Part shown: in pieces, positions 7,070 through 10,179 of the stretch
How the letters are laid out: the number at the start of each line of letters is the position of its first letter
Position numbering within the stretch: position 1 is the first letter of the stretch
Assembly: GCF_004000845.1 (NCBI RefSeq)
Contig: NZ_BIMA01000177.1
Span: 1-10,179, forward strand
DNA from: Paenibacillus koleovorans NBRC 103111
GTDB taxonomy: Bacteria > Bacillota > Bacilli > Paenibacillales > NBRC-103111
Direction: 5' to 3'
Length of the DNA stretch: 10,179 nt
Translations under genes and position numbers: made by a program
Notes under the pieces: model-generated
What the model was told of the DNA's origin: nothing
What the model saw: the letters and a program-made list of their open reading frames with translations, nothing else
The model's database searches: none

Positions 7070-8109
7070 AACAACCCGCCTCCCATCATCCAGGCTACGC
7101 CTTTCAATAGAAGAAACGAGACACCTGAGACCCCCGCGAACCAAGCCGCCACTTTTCCTTTGCTGATCGGAGGCTTCCCTACTACTTTGCCCGTCTGTCC
7201 GTTCATCGCGAACGTATACTCCAATTTCTTGTAATCGTAATGAACCACCCACACCGGCAGCAAGACATACTCCGCTTTTTTTAATTGCGTATCGATCTGT
7301 CTAGAGGCGCCCGTAATCGAAGTGTACTCCGCGAATGTAGATTGAATATAGGCTTCTATGTAGGAATGGATTTTCCTTTTGGCTCGAGCGAGCAGCTCAT
7401 TTTCATTGAAGCTGTATTTCTCCGCGAGATAGCCTGATAAATACGGGGTCTTGAAGCCTTTGAGCTGCTCGTAGGGAAAAGGCTCCAGTTTGTCCATGAT
7501 CGCATCATTCATTTTCTCGGCGGCATCGATCGGAACACGAACGTAATTCAACCGAATTTTTCGGTACACGTCATAGTGCGACGTTTCGGTAATGCGATAA
7601 TCGCCCTGTGTATAGATGCGTACTTTTAGGCCGTTCGCTTGGACCTCGATCTTGTTGTCCAGCCCATACAGCCAGAAAGGGACGTACATGCCGGTGATGC
7701 CCTTGATTCGATCGGCTGTCATGAATCCGCCGGGCGTCAACAGGCCGTTTCTGCACCATTTCTTGAACGCAGCCATCGCCTCTTCTTTGCTGATCGCGAA
7801 AGGGATCACGAGCGCCGGAGCCAGCCTGCCTGACAGCCGATCGCCAAGGATCACGCCGGAGCCGCAAAAGCTGCAGAGCGTCGCCGCCGTCTCCGCGTCG
7901 GTTATCACGACCGCTCCGCAGCTCGTGCAATGATATTCCTTCGCGTCCTCTCCTGAGAAAGTATCGCCCGCAAAGGCTTCCGTCAACGCATCCGGCATCG
8001 CCTGGATGTCGTCTTGTCGTCCACAGCTGGCACAACCCAGCTTGCCCGTCTCACTATCAAAGAACATGCCACCGCCGCAGTTGGGGCACTTATATTCAAT
8101 AACCGGCAT
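7066..8109 (-). CDS. ydjG: Double zinc-ribbon protein with a C-terminal transmembrane helix, YdjG-like
   Basis: The N-terminus has CPNCGGG...CASCG and CTSCG...CSFCGSG ribbons, and the C-terminal TM is VAAWFAGVSGVSFLLLKGVAWMM. The ATG at 8109 abuts the pspA stop at 8110-8112, with an AAGGTGA SD inside the end of pspA. Confidence 0.8.
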   Translation of the reverse strand: MPVIEYKCPNCGGGMFFDSETGKLGCASCGRQDDIQAMPDALTEAFAGDTFSGEDAKEYHCTSCGAVVITDAETAATLCSFCGSGVILGDRLSGRLAPALVIPFAISKEEAMAAFKKWCRNGLLTPGGFMTADRIKGITGMYVPFWLYGLDNKIEVQANGLKVRIYTQGDYRITETSHYDVYRKIRLNYVRVPIDAAEKMNDAIMDKLEPFPYEQLKGFKTPYLSGYLAEKYSFNENELLARAKRKIHSYIEAYIQSTFAEYTSITGASRQIDTQLKKAEYVLLPVWVVHYDYKKLEYTFAMNGQTGKVVGKPPISKGKVAAWFAGVSGVSFLLLKGVAWMMGGGLL

Positions 8110-8778
8110 CTACTCACCTTGTCCTTTATTGTCGCTTGCCTGCCCCTGCTTCTGCTCCCGTTCCCGCTTCTCCAGCTCCTCGAATTCCTTGTCCAGGCTG
8201 CTGCCGGAGCCCGCTCGAAGCTCGGCTACCGCCATCGCTTCTTCATACGCCGTATTGATCTTGTCCTCCACGGCGTCCAACACGGAATCTCTTGCCTCGC
8301 CAAGAGGAGAACCCATAGCGTTCAAGGATTGCTGCACTTTGGTAGCAGCCAGCTTTCCTTTCAATGCCGTCCGTCGCGCCTCCAGTTGGTCCTGATCCGC
8401 GGTCAGCTTTTCCATCAACTGCTTCATGTTTGCTGCATTCGAGGCGGCTGATTCGTAGTCTGCCTGCACCTGGACTTCCTTCTCTTCCTGTGCTACCTTG
8501 CGATCCAGGAACTTGCCGGACTCACTTGGGCTCCCCGCTTCGGCAGCCTTATCCGCATAACGCTGCAGCTTGTCGATCTCGGCGCGGATTTCGTCCCAGG
8601 CCCGCCTGGCCCTTCGTTCCTCCGCCAGCACCGCTGCCGTCTCGGCCTTCACCTGCCCTATATCGGCGTTTAATTGGCGCATATACGTATCCAGCGTTCT
8701 CTCCGGGTCCTCGGCTTGATCTAAGCGCGCATTCCAATTGCTCGCCATTATTTCTCTGAACCTCGATAAGATTCCCAT
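8110..8778 (-). CDS. pspA: Phage-shock protein A (PspA/IM30/LiaH family), coiled-coil membrane-stress protein
   Basis: The N-terminus MGILSRFREIMASNWNARLDQAEDPERTLDTYMRQLNADIGQVKAETAAVLAEERRARRA is typical PspA/IM30, and the whole protein is predicted coiled coil. An AAGGAGGAGG SD lies 5 nt upstream of the ATG. Confidence 0.9.
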   Translation of the reverse strand: MGILSRFREIMASNWNARLDQAEDPERTLDTYMRQLNADIGQVKAETAAVLAEERRARRAWDEIRAEIDKLQRYADKAAEAGSPSESGKFLDRKVAQEEKEVQVQADYESAASNAANMKQLMEKLTADQDQLEARRTALKGKLAATKVQQSLNAMGSPLGEARDSVLDAVEDKINTAYEEAMAVAELRAGSGSSLDKEFEELEKREREQKQGQASDNKGQGE

Positions 8779-8857
8779 ACAGACCTCCTCCTTGAATCAA
8801 GATGCATCTCTTCTATCATACCGTAAAAAGCGGGAAAATGTTTAGTCAGGAAAAACA
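8779..8857 (-). promoter_or_regulatory. Putative promoter of the psp operon, either ECF-sigma-like (AAAC -16- CGGTAT) or sigma-A with a TATGAT -10
   Basis: Minus strand reads ccTGACTAAAC-attttcccgcttttta-CGGTATGATag. In B. subtilis, pspA is SigW-dependent (consensus TGAAAC N16 CGTA), and here both elements are one position off that consensus. Alternatively, TATGAT is a good sigma-A -10 with a poor -35. Confidence 0.3.
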
Positions 8858-9210
8858 AACAAGCCATCCAAGTGCTTGACAGCCTCGGATGGCTTGTTAT
8901 TTCTTTTGCCGGATAAAATGAATATGCCACCGGACAAACAGAAGCGCGCAAATATAATCATTCTTCGAGGCACCATGAACTGAATCCCCGGTTCATCCAA
9001 TTCGTACAGCTTGAAGTAAAGCGCTAAAATGATATCGCTGCTCAAATTAATACATACAATGATGATCCAAGTCACATAGATTTCAACTTTAGTCAATCTC
9101 TTGGGCATAAAAGCAATGATGATGAGATTGATCGCTAATGCAAAGTACGTGCTCCACCACATAAAGAGATGACCTCCACTGGTATGATTTCCATAATGCC
9201 TGGTGGCCAT
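8842..9210 (-). CDS. Small hypothetical membrane protein with about 3 TM helices. The start is uncertain: ATG 9210 has no SD, while ATG 9162 has GGAGG 10 nt upstream
   Basis: Hydrophobic segments YFALAINLIIIAF, IYVTWIIIVCINLSSDIILALYF and IIFARFCLSGGIFILSG. The region is AT-rich relative to its flanks. The last 19 codons overlap the terminator hairpin, which lowers confidence in the exact 3' end or in the gene itself. Confidence 0.4.
   Translation of the reverse strand: MATRHYGNHTSGGHLFMWWSTYFALAINLIIIAFMPKRLTKVEIYVTWIIIVCINLSSDIILALYFKLYELDEPGIQFMVPRRMIIFARFCLSGGIFILSGKRNNKPSEAVKHLDGLFVFPD
8858..8898. terminator. Bidirectional intrinsic terminator separating the ger/small-membrane-protein unit from the psp operon
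   Basis: 12-bp stem AACAAGCCATCC / GGATGGCTTGTT (8858-8869 / 8887-8898) with a 17-nt loop, followed by TTTGTTTTTCC on the minus strand and TATTTCTTTTGCC on the plus strand. Confidence 0.6.
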
Positions 9211-9245
9211 CCCCTGCAGCTTCCATCTTGCCTCCTCGTCCCCAG

Positions 9246-10178
9246 TCAGCTTTTGTCTTGCTTAAACCTTGTAGGCTCTAATACATCGGACTTCGACCGT
9301 TCTAATTGGCTGTATTCCCCCGGCTCGAACTTCTCCGTCTTCTGCGGGTGAAGCAAAGCAGGTCGGCGGTGCATCCAAAATAGTGGGGATCTAAAAACGG
9401 TATCTTTCATCCCTTCAAAATTTCCAGGGATGATGGGACTCAAATAAGGCACCCCGAACGACTTTAAGGATAGCATGTGATTCACGATCAGGATGAGCCC
9501 GACGACTAGCCCATATAAGCCGAACATCCCGGAGAGAATGATGAGCGGGAAGCGGAGCAGGCGTAAGGCCAGTGCTGCATTATAAGCCGGTGTCGCGAAT
9601 GAGCCTATCGTGGTGAGGGCGATGACGACGACCGTGATCGGGGATACGAAGCCGGCGGACACGGCCGCTTGGCCGACGACAAGCACCCCGACGATCGACA
9701 GCGCTCCGCCGACCTGCTGAGGCAATCGGATCGTCGCCTCTCGAAGCACTTCCATAGAAATCTCCATAATGAGCACTTCCAGCACGGCCGGGAAGGGTAC
9801 CCCTGCTCGCCCTCCGGATACGGCAACCACATATGTCGTCGGGATTAGCTCCGGGTTATAGGCGATGATGCCAACATAGAGCGCTGGGAATATCAACGAG
9901 AAGACGAGAGCAAGCAAACGGGTTATACGAATAAAGCTAACCACTAGAAAGCGTTCCGAGTAATCTTCGATCGTTTGGTAGAACTGCGCGAACACCGTCG
10001 GCAAGATGAGCGCGATCGGCGAGCCCTCCACGAGAATAACGACACGGCCCTCCAGCAGGCTAGCGACCGCTTTGTCCGGCCGTTCGGTGTACTGAATTTG
10101 GGGGAACGGCGTAAAATGATTGTCCTGGATGAACTGCTCGATGTATCCGGAATCGAGGATGCCGTCGATCTTGATCAT
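9246..10178 (-). CDS. Spore germination receptor A subunit (GerA/GerAA/GerKA family), C-terminal about 310 aa; the 5' end is cut by the window edge
   Basis: EGRVVILVEGSPIALILPTVFAQFYQTIEDYSERFLVVSFIRITRLLALVFSLIFPALYVGIIAYNPELIPT is followed by 4-5 TM helices and a hydrophilic tail, which is the GerA A-subunit architecture. The ORF is open to the right edge; the M at 10178 is internal. Confidence 0.85.
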   Translation of the reverse strand: MIKIDGILDSGYIEQFIQDNHFTPFPQIQYTERPDKAVASLLEGRVVILVEGSPIALILPTVFAQFYQTIEDYSERFLVVSFIRITRLLALVFSLIFPALYVGIIAYNPELIPTTYVVAVSGGRAGVPFPAVLEVLIMEISMEVLREATIRLPQQVGGALSIVGVLVVGQAAVSAGFVSPITVVVIALTTIGSFATPAYNAALALRLLRFPLIILSGMFGLYGLVVGLILIVNHMLSLKSFGVPYLSPIIPGNFEGMKDTVFRSPLFWMHRRPALLHPQKTEKFEPGEYSQLERSKSDVLEPTRFKQDKS

Positions 10179-10179
10179 C

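Noticed and set aside
6289-7252. ORFs 6289..6492, 6308..6517, 6740..7234, and the 5' extension 7070..7252 of ORF 6284..7252
   Set aside because: The first three are antisense to the ydjH-like gene. The extension overlaps the ydjG-like gene by 183 nt and has no SD, whereas the internal ATG at 7069 has both an SD and ATGA coupling.
7571-8800. ORFs 7571..8035, 7616..7933, 7639..7833, 8006..8395, 8014..8451, 8364..8759, 8549..8800
   Set aside because: They are alternative-frame or antisense ORFs across the ydjG-like and pspA genes. Their Pro/Arg-rich composition is typical of GC-rich antisense frames.
8748-8951. ORF 8748..8951 (minus)
   Set aside because: It spans the terminator hairpin, the pspA promoter/SD and the first codons of pspA in another frame.
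9169-9832. ORFs 9169..9351 (plus) and 9605..9832 (minus)
   Set aside because: They are antisense or alternative-frame within the GerA A-subunit gene and its short downstream spacer.
1-10179. CRISPR arrays, tRNA/rRNA genes, IS transposase genes
   Set aside because: I saw no regularly spaced direct repeats, no cloverleaf-compatible segments, no rRNA-like conserved stretches, and no transposase-like ORFs other than the group II intron.

Overview
The window reads as a Firmicutes (Paenibacillus/Bacillus-like) chromosomal segment of about 52% GC, and almost all genes are on the minus strand. From left to right it contains:

- **Group II intron (1-795, minus strand).** This is the 5' part of an intron whose reverse-transcriptase/maturase ORF starts at 396 and runs off the left edge. 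The intron's GTGCG 5' end lies 10 nt downstream of a strong intrinsic terminator hairpin, an attachment-site behaviour typical of class C-like introns.
- **Sialidase-like gene (844-2413, minus).** It encodes a cytoplasmic BNR/Asp-box sialidase-like glycoside hydrolase with a C-terminal LamG-like domain, and is split into two overlapping reading frames by a frameshift.
- **AraC/XylS regulator (2641-3522, plus).** It is transcribed divergently from the sialidase-like gene.
- **LarA-family racemase (3551-4813, minus).** This is a nickel-pincer-cofactor 2-hydroxyacid racemase/epimerase homolog with a TTG start, and no larBCE genes appear in the window.
- **Structured intergenic region (about 4815-5215).** It holds nested hairpins, a 13-bp long-range inverted repeat and a short ORF with a Shine-Dalgarno (SD) sequence.
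- **pspA-ydjG-ydjH-ydjI-like operon (5276-8778, minus).** It encodes the phage-shock protein A, a double zinc-ribbon protein, a TPM-domain protein and an SPFH protein. A clean terminator follows it and a possible ECF-type promoter precedes it.
- **Bidirectional terminator, then a small 3-TM hypothetical protein.**
- **C-terminal part of a GerA-family germination receptor A subunit (9246 to window end, minus).**

I found no rRNA, tRNA or CRISPR. Every family assignment comes from reading motifs in the translations by eye; I could not run any database search.
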